From an uncultured Methanosarcinales archaeon (GTDB lineage: Archaea; Nanobdellota; Nanobdellia; Woesearchaeales; JAGVZT01), in the NCBI GenBank assembly GCA_964419615.1, contig CAYQPU010000002.1, positions 9,778 to 73,777 on the forward strand: a DNA stretch of 64,000 nucleotides, in the 5' to 3' direction. The translations under genes were made by a program, and so were the position numbers. The notes below the pieces were generated by a model that ran no database searches, had not been told where the DNA came from, and saw nothing but the letters and a program-made list of their open reading frames with translations. How positions within the stretch are numbered: position 1 is the stretch's first letter; every line of letters begins with the position of its first letter. Positions 1 to 9,296 of the stretch are shown here, in pieces.

Positions 1-1293
1 ATTTTGTGAGTTATGTGTGTATTGTAGCATATAAACAAGTGGGTCATAGGGTATATCTACTATTTGTACAATCCCTCTCACTCTTCCAATATCTGGTCCA
101 CCTCCAGAATATTTAATTACACCATTTGCTGCTGCTTGAATTTCTGTCCCAATTGGTAAAGCAATATCATGACCTTGTGACTGATCATATGTGAATGGAC
201 TAATGTCGTCCCAGCTTTCTTGAACAGCATCCCAATTATCAACAGTTGTATCTCCAGTCCAAGTTAAAACATACCCAACTCTTAAGTCATGATCAGTAAA
301 ATTATCTATTGGAGGTACACAACCCAATTTATCTAGATCTATCACAGAATTCAAAAACCCTCTATCCAAAGGCAGATCTAATTCAGTATCATCATAAGAC
401 ATCTTAATAGGACCAGTTATAAACACAGTTGAACCATCTGGGAAGTTAATATATCTTAAATCAGTTTGAATATCTGGCCTTATTTCTAATACATAACCTT
501 GATTTGTATTGACCCATGAAAAACCTTCAATAGAGAAGTGACCTTGTTCATCAGTTTCTGCACAATATTCATCAACAGTTCCTCTATTTGCTCCAGTAGT
601 TTGCTCTACTAATGCACAAACAGTTCCAATGTCAAGTCTTGGTTCCCCCTTATCTCTAGCAAATGAAGAATTTAAATCATTAAAGACTACTCCCTGAATA
701 GAAAAAGGCTGCACACCCTTTACAACTTTAGCATCTAAATCTTCAGACACATCAACTCCAGAGTCAAAATATAGTTGGACAATACCATTAAGGTGATCTG
801 GTCCCAGTAAATTGTTAGTTGCAGGATCTCTAACAGCACCCTCTTGAGCATCAATAGCACTGAAAACAGCTGAATTATCATCAGCTGGTGCCCCAACAGC
901 TTCATTATAACATGCAGAAATTCCCAACTGTTTTAACTCATCAACAGTCTTGCCAGTAACATCCACTTCCCATAAAGTGCGCTGTCCCTTAAAAATACCA
1001 TCTTTACAATTACCAATCATTGTAGCAGGATCATGCAGATCACCTGAGTAAAATTCAATAGGTTTTATTGTAGCAGTACTAGTTAAAGTAGCAGTATTTG
1101 TAATGGTAGCAGTAGGTGTTGAACTAGCAGTAGGGCTATAAGTGGCAGTAGGAGTACTGGTGTGAGTTGCTGTCTCTGTAGCAGTAGCTTGAACTTCTGC
1201 AGTAGGAGTAGTTATAATTTGAGCAGAAGCACCAGGAGTACATCCTTTAAGAGCAAGCAAAGCCAATATTATTAATCGGTTCCATCTACTCAT
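1..1293 (-). CDS. Secreted/lipoprotein-like protein, N-terminal part only (gene runs off the window start): signal peptide, Thr/Pro/Ala-rich linker, C-terminal M23-peptidase-like segment
   Basis: Open frame on the minus strand from ATG at 1293 (MSRWNRLIILALLALKGCTPGASA...) with no stop before position 1, so it was absent from the ORF track. A TPTATYSPTASSTPTATITNTATLTSTAT linker follows the signal. The distal segment GHDIALPIGTEIQAAANGVIKYSG resembles the M23/LytM HxxxD...G motif region. Confidence 0.4.
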   Translation of the reverse strand, partial: MSRWNRLIILALLALKGCTPGASAQIITTPTAEVQATATETATHTSTPTATYSPTASSTPTATITNTATLTSTATIKPIEFYSGDLHDPATMIGNCKDGIFKGQRTLWEVDVTGKTVDELKQLGISACYNEAVGAPADDNSAVFSAIDAQEGAVRDPATNNLLGPDHLNGIVQLYFDSGVDVSEDLDAKVVKGVQPFSIQGVVFNDLNSSFARDKGEPRLDIGTVCALVEQTTGANRGTVDEYCAETDEQGHFSIEGFSWVNTNQGYVLEIRPDIQTDLRYINFPDGSTVFITGPIKMSYDDTELDLPLDRGFLNSVIDLDKLGCVPPIDNFTDHDLRVGYVLTWTGDTTVDNWDAVQESWDDISPFTYDQSQGHDIALPIGTEIQAAANGVIKYSGGGPDIGRVRGIVQIVDIPYDPLVYMLQYTHNSQN

Positions 1294-1503
1294 GCTGATC
1301 AATCTTATATAATCTTTTGGGTTTATAAATCTTTCTGTTTTTTGTCACCCTGGAATGGTTATTATTAAAAGAATTATTAGACTATTCAACAACAATTGAT
1401 TTAAAACATTCCAGAACACCAGGCCATCTTACCCTTATTATATATAATCAACATCTTACTTTAAAACAAAAATAATATAAATCAACACAAATGAAGCAAT
1501 CTT

Positions 1504-2052
1504 ATGATAACCTTTATGGAAATCTTTGACATGATTGTGATGACCCTATTTGTAGGTTATATATTCAGAGACATATTCTCAAGATATTCACACAAAACAC
1601 CTAAATTAGGTTTTGACTGGAATTCACTCAAATTTGCAATAATGATCACAGCCCCTGGATTAATCTTACACGAGTTATCCCATAAATTTGTTGCCATGAG
1701 TTTTGGGATGACAGCCACATTTCATGCAGCTTACATCTGGTTAATATTTGGATTAATAATGAAACTCCTAAATTTTGGTTTCATAGTTTTTGTTCCAGCT
1801 TTTGTAAGCATCGCAGGATCAGGTTCTAATCTGCAATTTGCACTAATTGCTTTAGCAGGACCCTTAACAAATTTATTAATCTGGCTAATAGCTGCATATC
1901 TAATAAAAAATAAAAAAATAAAAACAAAACACATCAACCTGGTTGTATTGACAAGAGAAATAAACAAATTCTTATTCATATTCAACATGATCCCAATCCC
2001 AGGCTTTGATGGATTTCAATTTCTGGTTAATCTGTTTAAGGTGTTCTTTTAA
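1504..2052 (+). CDS. Small membrane metalloprotease, M50 (site-2 protease)-like
   Basis: HExxH (LILHELSHKF) lies inside a predicted TM helix, with a downstream NMIPIPGFDG (LDG-like) motif. Four to five hydrophobic segments. Confidence 0.5.
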   Translation: MITFMEIFDMIVMTLFVGYIFRDIFSRYSHKTPKLGFDWNSLKFAIMITAPGLILHELSHKFVAMSFGMTATFHAAYIWLIFGLIMKLLNFGFIVFVPAFVSIAGSGSNLQFALIALAGPLTNLLIWLIAAYLIKNKKIKTKHINLVVLTREINKFLFIFNMIPIPGFDGFQFLVNLFKVFF

Positions 2053-2216
2053 GAAAGATTTATAAGAAACTAATCACATCCTACTCTGTATGGAAACCAT
2101 AACTATCCCAAAAGAAGAATATTTGCGATTAAAAAAGTTAGAGCAAGTAGACTGGGAATTAGTTGGGAAATTCAAAATAGGGTTAGAAGACATAAAAGAA
2201 GGAAGAATAAAAAGAG

Positions 2217-2522
2217 TTAGATAATTTTTTTCATTAATTCCTTAAATTCAGGAAGTAATTCTGCAATTTTATCAATGGTACTCTGTTGTGCCTTTTTACT
2301 GCTCATAGTAATTAAGAGGACAGAACCATATTCTTCATAGATTAAGAAGTAAACTCTTCTCTCTTGGATTTTCTTTTCCCTTAAAAAAGGGTATTTAAGA
2401 ATTTTTCCAACATTAAATGTTTTAGACAATCCGTCTTTTAATTTCTTAATTTGTATTCTTTGTTTTTTTGAGAGTTTCTTACACTCTTTTTCAAATTCAG
2501 CGGTTTCATAAACTTTAGGCAT
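2217..2522 (-). CDS. RelE/ParE-family toxin-like protein
   Basis: 101 aa. The pattern Y-x3-F-x-K-x2-KKL..KK...I.K......GK.L.......R.YF.IYE....V.LI.M..K matches the RelE/ParE fold. No antitoxin is seen upstream on the same strand. Confidence 0.45.
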   Translation of the reverse strand: MPKVYETAEFEKECKKLSKKQRIQIKKLKDGLSKTFNVGKILKYPFLREKKIQERRVYFLIYEEYGSVLLITMSSKKAQQSTIDKIAELLPEFKELMKKII

Positions 2523-2654
2523 AAACTAGCTTAATATAACTCCTCATTAAATATATTTCGGAACTATTTTCAAATATAGGAGCATCATCCTAAATTAAGT
2601 TGTTGTTTTATTTTGAGCAAGGCTACAGTTTAATATTTCTAACAAAACTTCCAC

Positions 2655-2808
2655 CAAGTTTGTGGCTCCAGGCCGGTTCACTCGACAGTTTGTTGAATTC
2701 TGATTGATTATCTTTAATATATCTGCGCAATATGACAAACTGTTCCGCACAGTCTCTAACGATTTTCGTTGTCTCGTTCACAGTATTTTTGGCCAGGGAG
2801 CCACAAAC
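2655..2808 (+). ncRNA. Copy 1 of a ~150-nt structured repeat element (candidate ncRNA or MITE)
   Basis: Terminal inverted arms aagtttgtggctccaggcc / ggccagggagccacaaact. Internal conserved blocks CCAGGCCGGTTC, CAGTTTGTT...ACAAACTGTTCC and GTCTCnTTCACA..TTGGCC are shared with the copies at 55805-55944 and 35219-35366. Confidence 0.4.
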
Positions 2809-3019
2809 TATTTTCGAATAATATCTTCTGTTATAGTTGGATCTTATCCAAAGCATGAAAACAAACAACTTTAATCAGGTTACCAGAAAGATAAAAATGC
2901 ACATGTGCAATTATTAAATTGGCTGGTAATAAAATATATGATGAAGCCCGGTTATAGGAAAAGTTTATATAAATTTATCAACTAATCAAACATGAGGGGA
3001 TAAATAAAAGCTCTTTGAA

Positions 3020-4450
3020 ATGGTAACAATAATACCAATAACAAACAAATGCAACCAGATGTGTGTATACTGCTCAGCACATGGAAGAGAAGATTCACCT
3101 AAAGAATATATTCTTAAGCAAATAAACTTGGCAAAAGACCATTTAATAATCACTGGAGGAGAAACAACACTCTCACCTGATTTAATTAAATACATTAAAA
3201 AGGCCAAAGAAAAAGATTTGTATGTTGAACTCCAGTCAAATGGGACTATGTTCTATTATAAAGATTTTGCAAAAAGAGTGGTTGATGCGGGCGTAGACTT
3301 ATTTAATATTGCAATGCAATCACACATTAAAGAAACCTATAACAGAATCACTCAAACCAAAGGACTTTTGCCAAAAAAAATCCAAGGTATCAAAAACCTT
3401 CTTGATCTAAATGCAAAGGTAAGGATAACGTGTGTTATTAATAAATTGAATTACACAGAGCTTGAAGAATTTAGCAAACATATACTTGAAAACTTTGATA
3501 ACATCTTCTTGTTAGAATTCAACTTTATAAAAGCTTTAGGTCTAGCAGAAAAAAACAAAGAGATTGTACCAACTTATGAGCAAGTCTCACCTTATTTAAT
3601 AAATGCCCTAAAACTTTGCAAAGGCAGATTCAGAATATTAATAGATCACATCCCACTTTGCTATATAAAAGGATTTGAAGAAAATCACGCAGATGTTTTC
3701 AAGATCACAAATAAAAAAAATAAAGACTTTTTCAGTGAAAAAACTCATCTAAGTGAATGCAAGCAATGCACTCTTAATTCAATCTGCCTGGGCCCTAGAA
3801 AAGATTATCTTGAAGTTTACACACCAAAGCTAATTCCATCAAACAAAGATCCAGATAAAATAACTCAAGGAGCCACTGGTAAATCAGAAATCCTTATTAA
3901 TGATGATAACTACAAAAACCCAGTAAAAAACATTGCAGGCATGCATGTATTCAAGCTTGGCCAGTTAACCCCAGAAGTTAATGGGGTTATAGATCAGATA
4001 TACTTAAATTTTGACAAATTAATTGAAAATAACACCTCATTTGAATTAATTGATTTTCCAGTATGCTTATTTCGTCCATACAAAAGATACATTAAAAAAT
4101 CAGGCAAGCAGCAGAAAATAGAGATATGCAATGACTGTATCCATTCAAAAGACTGCTTTGGATTTAATAAAATATTCCTAGATGAGGAAAATAAATTAAA
4201 AATGCCCATAATCAACAAAAGCAGCATACTAACTGACAATGAAAAATGTATGCTTCAGATACTAAACCATGAGAACAACATCTCAACACAAAGAATCCTT
4301 GAACTAACGCCAAACTTCCTCATATGCGCAGACTGTGCAGGTGGTGCAAATGTGATGCAGGCTGGAGAAAAGCTAATCAATAAAAAGCTTGTTGGAAGAG
4401 AATTAAAAAACAAAGGTTATATTTGGAGACTAGTAAAAAATGAAAATTAA
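3020..4450 (+). CDS. Radical SAM protein (MoaA/PqqE-like core, auxiliary Cys cluster) with a ~190-aa Cys-containing C-terminal extension
   Basis: CNQMCVYC (CxxxCxxC) at residues 11-18, GGETTLSPDL, and the paralog C-terminal motif CKQCTLNSICLGPRKDYLEVY. Extra CNDCIHSKDC and CADCAGG sites in the extension. Confidence 0.7.
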   Translation: MVTIIPITNKCNQMCVYCSAHGREDSPKEYILKQINLAKDHLIITGGETTLSPDLIKYIKKAKEKDLYVELQSNGTMFYYKDFAKRVVDAGVDLFNIAMQSHIKETYNRITQTKGLLPKKIQGIKNLLDLNAKVRITCVINKLNYTELEEFSKHILENFDNIFLLEFNFIKALGLAEKNKEIVPTYEQVSPYLINALKLCKGRFRILIDHIPLCYIKGFEENHADVFKITNKKNKDFFSEKTHLSECKQCTLNSICLGPRKDYLEVYTPKLIPSNKDPDKITQGATGKSEILINDDNYKNPVKNIAGMHVFKLGQLTPEVNGVIDQIYLNFDKLIENNTSFELIDFPVCLFRPYKRYIKKSGKQQKIEICNDCIHSKDCFGFNKIFLDEENKLKMPIINKSSILTDNEKCMLQILNHENNISTQRILELTPNFLICADCAGGANVMQAGEKLINKKLVGRELKNKGYIWRLVKNEN

Positions 4451-5669
4451 AAAAGATTACCCTGCATTACATAGAAAAATTGATGGCAAACAAATTATTT
4501 ACTTTGATAATGCGTGCGCCATGCTCAAACCAAAGCTGGTGATTGATGCTATTAATTATTATTATCATAATCTAGGCAGCTGTGCAGGCTCAAGAGGAAC
4601 ATACAGCCTAAATGAAGAAACAAATGATATATGCGAAAGATCAAGAGAATTAGTAGCTAATTTCATTAATGCTAGTCCAAGAGAAATAATATGGACAAAA
4701 AACACAACAGAGAGCATTAACCTTGTAGCAAACTCTTTTAGATTTAATAAAGATGATGAAGTTATAGTATCAACATTAGACCACCACAGCAATATTCTAC
4801 CATTCTATGAACAAAGGAAAAGAGGAGTTAGACTTAAAATTCTGGAAATCAAAGATGAATTTGATTTAGAGCAATTAAAAAAAACAATCACCCCTAGAAC
4901 AAAGATTATATCTCTAACCCATGCTTCTAATGTAACAGGCCAAGTTCTTCCAATGAAAGATATCTGTGATATTGCTCATGAAAAAGACATATTAGTCTTA
5001 AGCGATGAAGCTCAGTTCATAGCTCATAAAGAATTAGATTTAAGGAACATAGATGCTGACTTTGCAGCATTCTCATCACATAAAATAGGGGGAGATACTG
5101 GACTTGGTGTATTATATGTCAAAGAAGAATTACTTGAGCAGTTAGAAAATTACAATGTTGGGGGAAGTACAGTAACTGATGTTTTATACGAAAAAGACAA
5201 ATTCATACCAAAATACATTAGAGGAGTTAGAAGATTTGAAGCTGGATTGCAGCATTATTCTGGAATAATTGGAATTGGTGCAGCAGTAAAGCAACTCACA
5301 AGAATTGGTCTTGAAAATATTGAAACTCATGAAAAAAAGCTAATAAGGACCTTATGGAAAGGGTTATCATGTTTTGATTTCAGATTCTTGTCCAGGAAAT
5401 CTCCAAGTAATATTCCTGTTTTCTCTTTTGTCCCAAAAATAAACCCAAATGATTTTGCAGTATATATGGACAAAGAAGTAAAGAACTATAAAATTATGAT
5501 GCGGGCAGGAAACCACTGCGCAAGTCCCTTATATTATTCAAAAGGCATATATCCAAGCCAAGGAGAAGGAAGTGTCAGAATCTCGTTATTTGCCTACAAT
5601 ACAAAGGAAGAGTTGGATATTTTTATTGAAAAAACAAATGAGTTAATTGATAAATTAAACAAATTGTAA
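4440..5669 (+). CDS. Class V aminotransferase / cysteine desulfurase-like (NifS/SufS/CsdA family), PLP-dependent
   Basis: SSHKIGGDTG (PLP-lysine SxHK motif) and LDHHSNILP. The 409-aa size fits; the start overlaps the upstream radical-SAM gene and the stop abuts the next one. Confidence 0.7.
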   Translation: MKIKKDYPALHRKIDGKQIIYFDNACAMLKPKLVIDAINYYYHNLGSCAGSRGTYSLNEETNDICERSRELVANFINASPREIIWTKNTTESINLVANSFRFNKDDEVIVSTLDHHSNILPFYEQRKRGVRLKILEIKDEFDLEQLKKTITPRTKIISLTHASNVTGQVLPMKDICDIAHEKDILVLSDEAQFIAHKELDLRNIDADFAAFSSHKIGGDTGLGVLYVKEELLEQLENYNVGGSTVTDVLYEKDKFIPKYIRGVRRFEAGLQHYSGIIGIGAAVKQLTRIGLENIETHEKKLIRTLWKGLSCFDFRFLSRKSPSNIPVFSFVPKINPNDFAVYMDKEVKNYKIMMRAGNHCASPLYYSKGIYPSQGEGSVRISLFAYNTKEELDIFIEKTNELIDKLNKL

Positions 5670-5670
5670 A

Positions 5671-6576
5671 ATGGAAGATACACAAACAATAATTCTTGTG
5701 ACTGGTGATTGCAACCAGAACTGTGTATTTTGTTCTGGAGAGCAAAGCGGTGCAGATAGAGAAGCTCAGAGTGATGAAGAGATTCTAAAACTCATTAAAA
5801 ATTAAAAGTGCACTCTTTCTATTGAGGGAGGAGAACCAACATTATCAAACAAACTTGCAGAATACACAGTAATTTCAAAAAAAGGAGGAACCAAAGACAT
5901 TATTCTTGTGACAAACGGTGTTAGATTATGTTATAAAGATTACTGCAAAAAATTACTCAAAGCAGGAGTCACTTTATTTAACATTAACTTCCCTCACAGT
6001 GATGAGAAAAAATGTGATGCTATAACACGAACAAAAGGTCATTATAAACTAAGAAAAAAAGGAATTAAGAACTTAATTGAACTCGGAGCAGGAGACAAAG
6101 TAAGGTTTAATTTTGTTATCAATAAAACAAATTTTGACAACATGGTTGATTATGTCAAGATGGTTAAAACCGAATTTCCTGAGATATTCTATATTGAGTT
6201 TAATTATGTCAAAGTATTAGGATATGTAAAAAAGAGAAAAGCACTTGTACCAACATTAACTCAGGTTCAACCATTCTTTAATAAAGCACTGGAATTCTGC
6301 AAGAAAAATGATGTAAGAATAATTGTAGATGGAATTCCTCTTTGCTTGATGCAAGGATATGAGCATCTAAACATTGACACACAATTCATCATAGATTCCA
6401 TACTTAACCCATTTATTGAAGAAAAAATCAAACCCAAGGTTTGTAATTCCTGTTCACTAAGTAAAATTTGTTCAGGAATGAGAAAAGATTATTATGAAAT
6501 ATTTGGAGCTGATGAACTTAAACCTTCTAGTACAAACCCCAAGCAAATTATAAAAATAATAAAATGCAAAGAATAG
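5671..6576 (+). pseudogene. Radical SAM paralog interrupted by an in-frame TAA
   Basis: MEDTQTIILVTGDCNQNCVFC (CxxxCxxC) from 5671. An in-frame TAA at 5803-5805 is followed in the same frame by KCTLSIEGGEPTLS (the GGEP motif). The ORF track lists only 5908..6576. The C-terminal CNSCSLSKICSGMRKDYYEIFGADELKP matches the paralog motif. Confidence 0.6.
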
Positions 6577-7481
6577 ACCTTCAATTAAACATGACCTGCA
6601 ATGAGAATTGTTTATTTTGCGCTTCAGCTGATGGCTCAAATTCATTTACAGACACTAAGAAATCAATTGAAATAATTCAGGATGCAATTGAATCTGGTGT
6701 GACAGATATCTGTTTTTCTGGTGGAGAACCCACCTTAAGAGACGATCTTCCAATATTAGTTAATTACATCAAAAAACAAAATCCACTGATTAAAGTTACT
6801 GTATTAACAAATGCTATGAGGCTTTGTTATGAATGGTACTCAAAAAAACTAGACAAAGTGGATTATTTTAACATCTCGGTTCATGGTTCAAATAGTAAAC
6901 CAAATGATGCACTAACCCGAACTCCAGGAAGTTTTGATAAAACAATATCTGGAGCAACAGTGATTCAAGAATTAGGTTATACTTTTGGATTTTATTTTGT
7001 TATAACTAAAACTAACTATAAGGAGATTGTCGAGTTTGCAGAGTTTGTAAAAAAGAATTTTCCAAAATGTAAGGCCATTACATTTTCTTTCCCATATTTA
7101 TCAGGGAACATGCTCAAACATTTATTCTTATTGCCAAAACTTTCAAAAATAAGTCCTTTGTTGGATGAATCTAAGAAACTATGTGAAGATGCAGGAATTG
7201 GATGGGAATTATCCAGTTGCGGTCTTATGCCATTATGTACTTTAAGTGTGCCAATCAGAGCAAAGGTAATAAAGAATAATGAGTCTTATAATGAAGAATC
7301 AATTCAAACAACATCACAAGAAGGAAATAAAGATTATGTGGTAACAAAACAAAACTATCAGAACCAACATTTTGTTAGGAGCTCTGCTTGTGAGAATTGC
7401 ACCCACAATTCTTTGTGTCCAGGTGTGTGGAAACAATATTCAGAAATCTATGGTACAGACGAGCTAAAGACTATTCACTAA
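6564..7481 (+). CDS. Radical SAM protein, MoaA/PqqE-like paralog
   Basis: CNENCLFC at the N-terminus, GGEPTLRDDL, TNAMRL, and the C-terminal CENCTHNSLCPGVWKQYSEIYGTDELK. Confidence 0.7.
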   Translation: MQRIDLQLNMTCNENCLFCASADGSNSFTDTKKSIEIIQDAIESGVTDICFSGGEPTLRDDLPILVNYIKKQNPLIKVTVLTNAMRLCYEWYSKKLDKVDYFNISVHGSNSKPNDALTRTPGSFDKTISGATVIQELGYTFGFYFVITKTNYKEIVEFAEFVKKNFPKCKAITFSFPYLSGNMLKHLFLLPKLSKISPLLDESKKLCEDAGIGWELSSCGLMPLCTLSVPIRAKVIKNNESYNEESIQTTSQEGNKDYVVTKQNYQNQHFVRSSACENCTHNSLCPGVWKQYSEIYGTDELKTIH

Positions 7482-7524
7482 ATGTTTTTTTGAAACCTGA
7501 AGCTTTAAACTTGGGTTAATTCTC

Positions 7525-9162
7525 TTATGCTTTGATAGAATGTTTATTTATCTCTTTATATGCAATCTCCCTGAATTCTACTGGATCACCTGTTCTTGGT
7601 GAAAGTTCTTTAAATGAATTAAGTATTTCTTTGTGTATTATATTTTCAGTGTTTTCTTTATTAAGTTGATTTATTTTCAGCATTGCAGATTCACCTGTAA
7701 AAACATAATCGATGCGAAACAATGCCTCTTCCTTGCCAACTACAACCTTAATCAGATTGTCTGAATAATATTTATTAATTGCTTCAATTATTTTTTCTTT
7801 TCCGATAAAAAACAGACCATAAAAGAACTTGTCTTTTCCTGTTTTTGGCAGATAATAAATCTGATCACCTTCTTCTCTTACTTGTCCCAGCTGCTTTAGC
7901 TTTTCAAGTGGCTCAGAAAAAACATCATTCAACTCTTTTTTGAAGTTTTGCTTAAAATTACTTTTTGAGATTTGGGATATGTTTACAATAATCTCAAAGA
8001 CAAACCTTTGCATTTCTTCAGCTTCTGAGAACTCAATCATGCTAAATTTACTTTTTATTGGATCTAAGGTGGGTGGGTTGCTAAAGTAACGAATTTTATT
8101 TTTAATATATGAACTAGCATGATGACCAAGTCCCAACACAGATCCTTTACAATCAACATTAAAGTGATACACATCTGGTATTTTCTGGGCAGAAGAAAGC
8201 AAAAAGAGCATTGAAGCGGCATTTCCTGCATCAAGTATTCTCTCATCTGGAGATTCATATCCCTTGCTTACAGCATACTTGATTATTTGGGGCATGCACT
8301 CTCTTAGTTCATTAAAATGCTTTTGAAATTCACCAAGACTTCCATTAAAATACTTTTTCAGATATGAGACTGTAGGCTGGCATTTGTAAAGCCTAACTGT
8401 TGTAGGCTGAAGATCAAGTAATCTCTTAAAACTTTTTGTAAAGGTCTTTTTTGTATCTTTGTATAGTCCAATTATCATATCTGTGTTATACTGTTCAAAG
8501 CCAAGCTCTCTGCAATTTGTAATGCATTTTGTGATCATATCTTCATTTTGATAATCTCTATTTATTGACTTAAGAACATTCAAATTTAGTGACTGTACTC
8601 CAAAACTAACCCTATTAAATCCAGCTTGTTTTAATATTTTCAATTTATTGAATGTTGTGCTCTGAGGATTTAATTCAAATGTTTTTTCACTGGTGTCTAA
8701 AAAACTTGCATATCTAAAGAATATTTCAAGTATCTCTGATAAGTCAGTATTATCAAAAAGACTTGGAGTCCCGCCTCCAAAATACAGATTATGGAACTTT
8801 CTTTTTTTTAGCACTTCTTTAAAAAGATGTATTTGATTAATCAGACATTCTGCATATTCCTTTACCTGTCTCTTGTTTTTAACAATTCCTTTATGATATA
8901 TGCAAAAATAGCACTTTGAATAACAATAAGGCACACCAATATAAACATTAATCTTATCAGTTTTATTATCAGACAGATAACTTAGCCATTTTTTCCTTAT
9001 ATAATCTCCATTAACTACCTTTGATTTTTTAAGCAGCTGCCTTTCAAATAAATCTGTTAAAAAGAAATTGTGGTGATAGCCATGTTTTTTTAATTGATCC
9101 ATGTAAAAAGAATACACAAACTTCTCAGCTTTGATCTCTTTGTTTATGTCTTTTAAGTCCAT
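7525..9162 (-). CDS. HemN/HemW-like radical SAM protein (coproporphyrinogen-III-oxidase family fold) with a C-terminal extension
   Basis: YIGVPYCYSKCYFCIYH matches the HemN-type Cx3Cx(F/Y)C signature. FGVQSLN matches the HemN-family GVQS motif. 545 aa. Confidence 0.65.
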   Translation of the reverse strand: MDLKDINKEIKAEKFVYSFYMDQLKKHGYHHNFFLTDLFERQLLKKSKVVNGDYIRKKWLSYLSDNKTDKINVYIGVPYCYSKCYFCIYHKGIVKNKRQVKEYAECLINQIHLFKEVLKKRKFHNLYFGGGTPSLFDNTDLSEILEIFFRYASFLDTSEKTFELNPQSTTFNKLKILKQAGFNRVSFGVQSLNLNVLKSINRDYQNEDMITKCITNCRELGFEQYNTDMIIGLYKDTKKTFTKSFKRLLDLQPTTVRLYKCQPTVSYLKKYFNGSLGEFQKHFNELRECMPQIIKYAVSKGYESPDERILDAGNAASMLFLLSSAQKIPDVYHFNVDCKGSVLGLGHHASSYIKNKIRYFSNPPTLDPIKSKFSMIEFSEAEEMQRFVFEIIVNISQISKSNFKQNFKKELNDVFSEPLEKLKQLGQVREEGDQIYYLPKTGKDKFFYGLFFIGKEKIIEAINKYYSDNLIKVVVGKEEALFRIDYVFTGESAMLKINQLNKENTENIIHKEILNSFKELSPRTGDPVEFREIAYKEINKHSIKA

Positions 9163-9296
9163 ATTACTAAAAAGAAGTTTAATGTATAAATAATTTATTA
9201 TAACGAGAATTTTTCAATTAAGAGAAATATGTATTAAAAAAACTTAACAATACATTTATTAACTATTATGCTATACTTTTGTCTTGTGAAACTTTA

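Noticed and set aside
1294-1503. Divergent intergenic region as a regulatory element of special interest
   Set aside because: Only a generic AT-rich promoter-like sequence. It has no repeats or palindromes beyond background.
2623-2868. 81-aa minus-strand ORF upstream of the RelE-like gene as its antitoxin
   Set aside because: Its translation (MFVFMLWIRSNYNRRYY...) is low-complexity and has no antitoxin features. It lies entirely within copy 1 of the conserved structured repeat element, so it is most likely non-coding.
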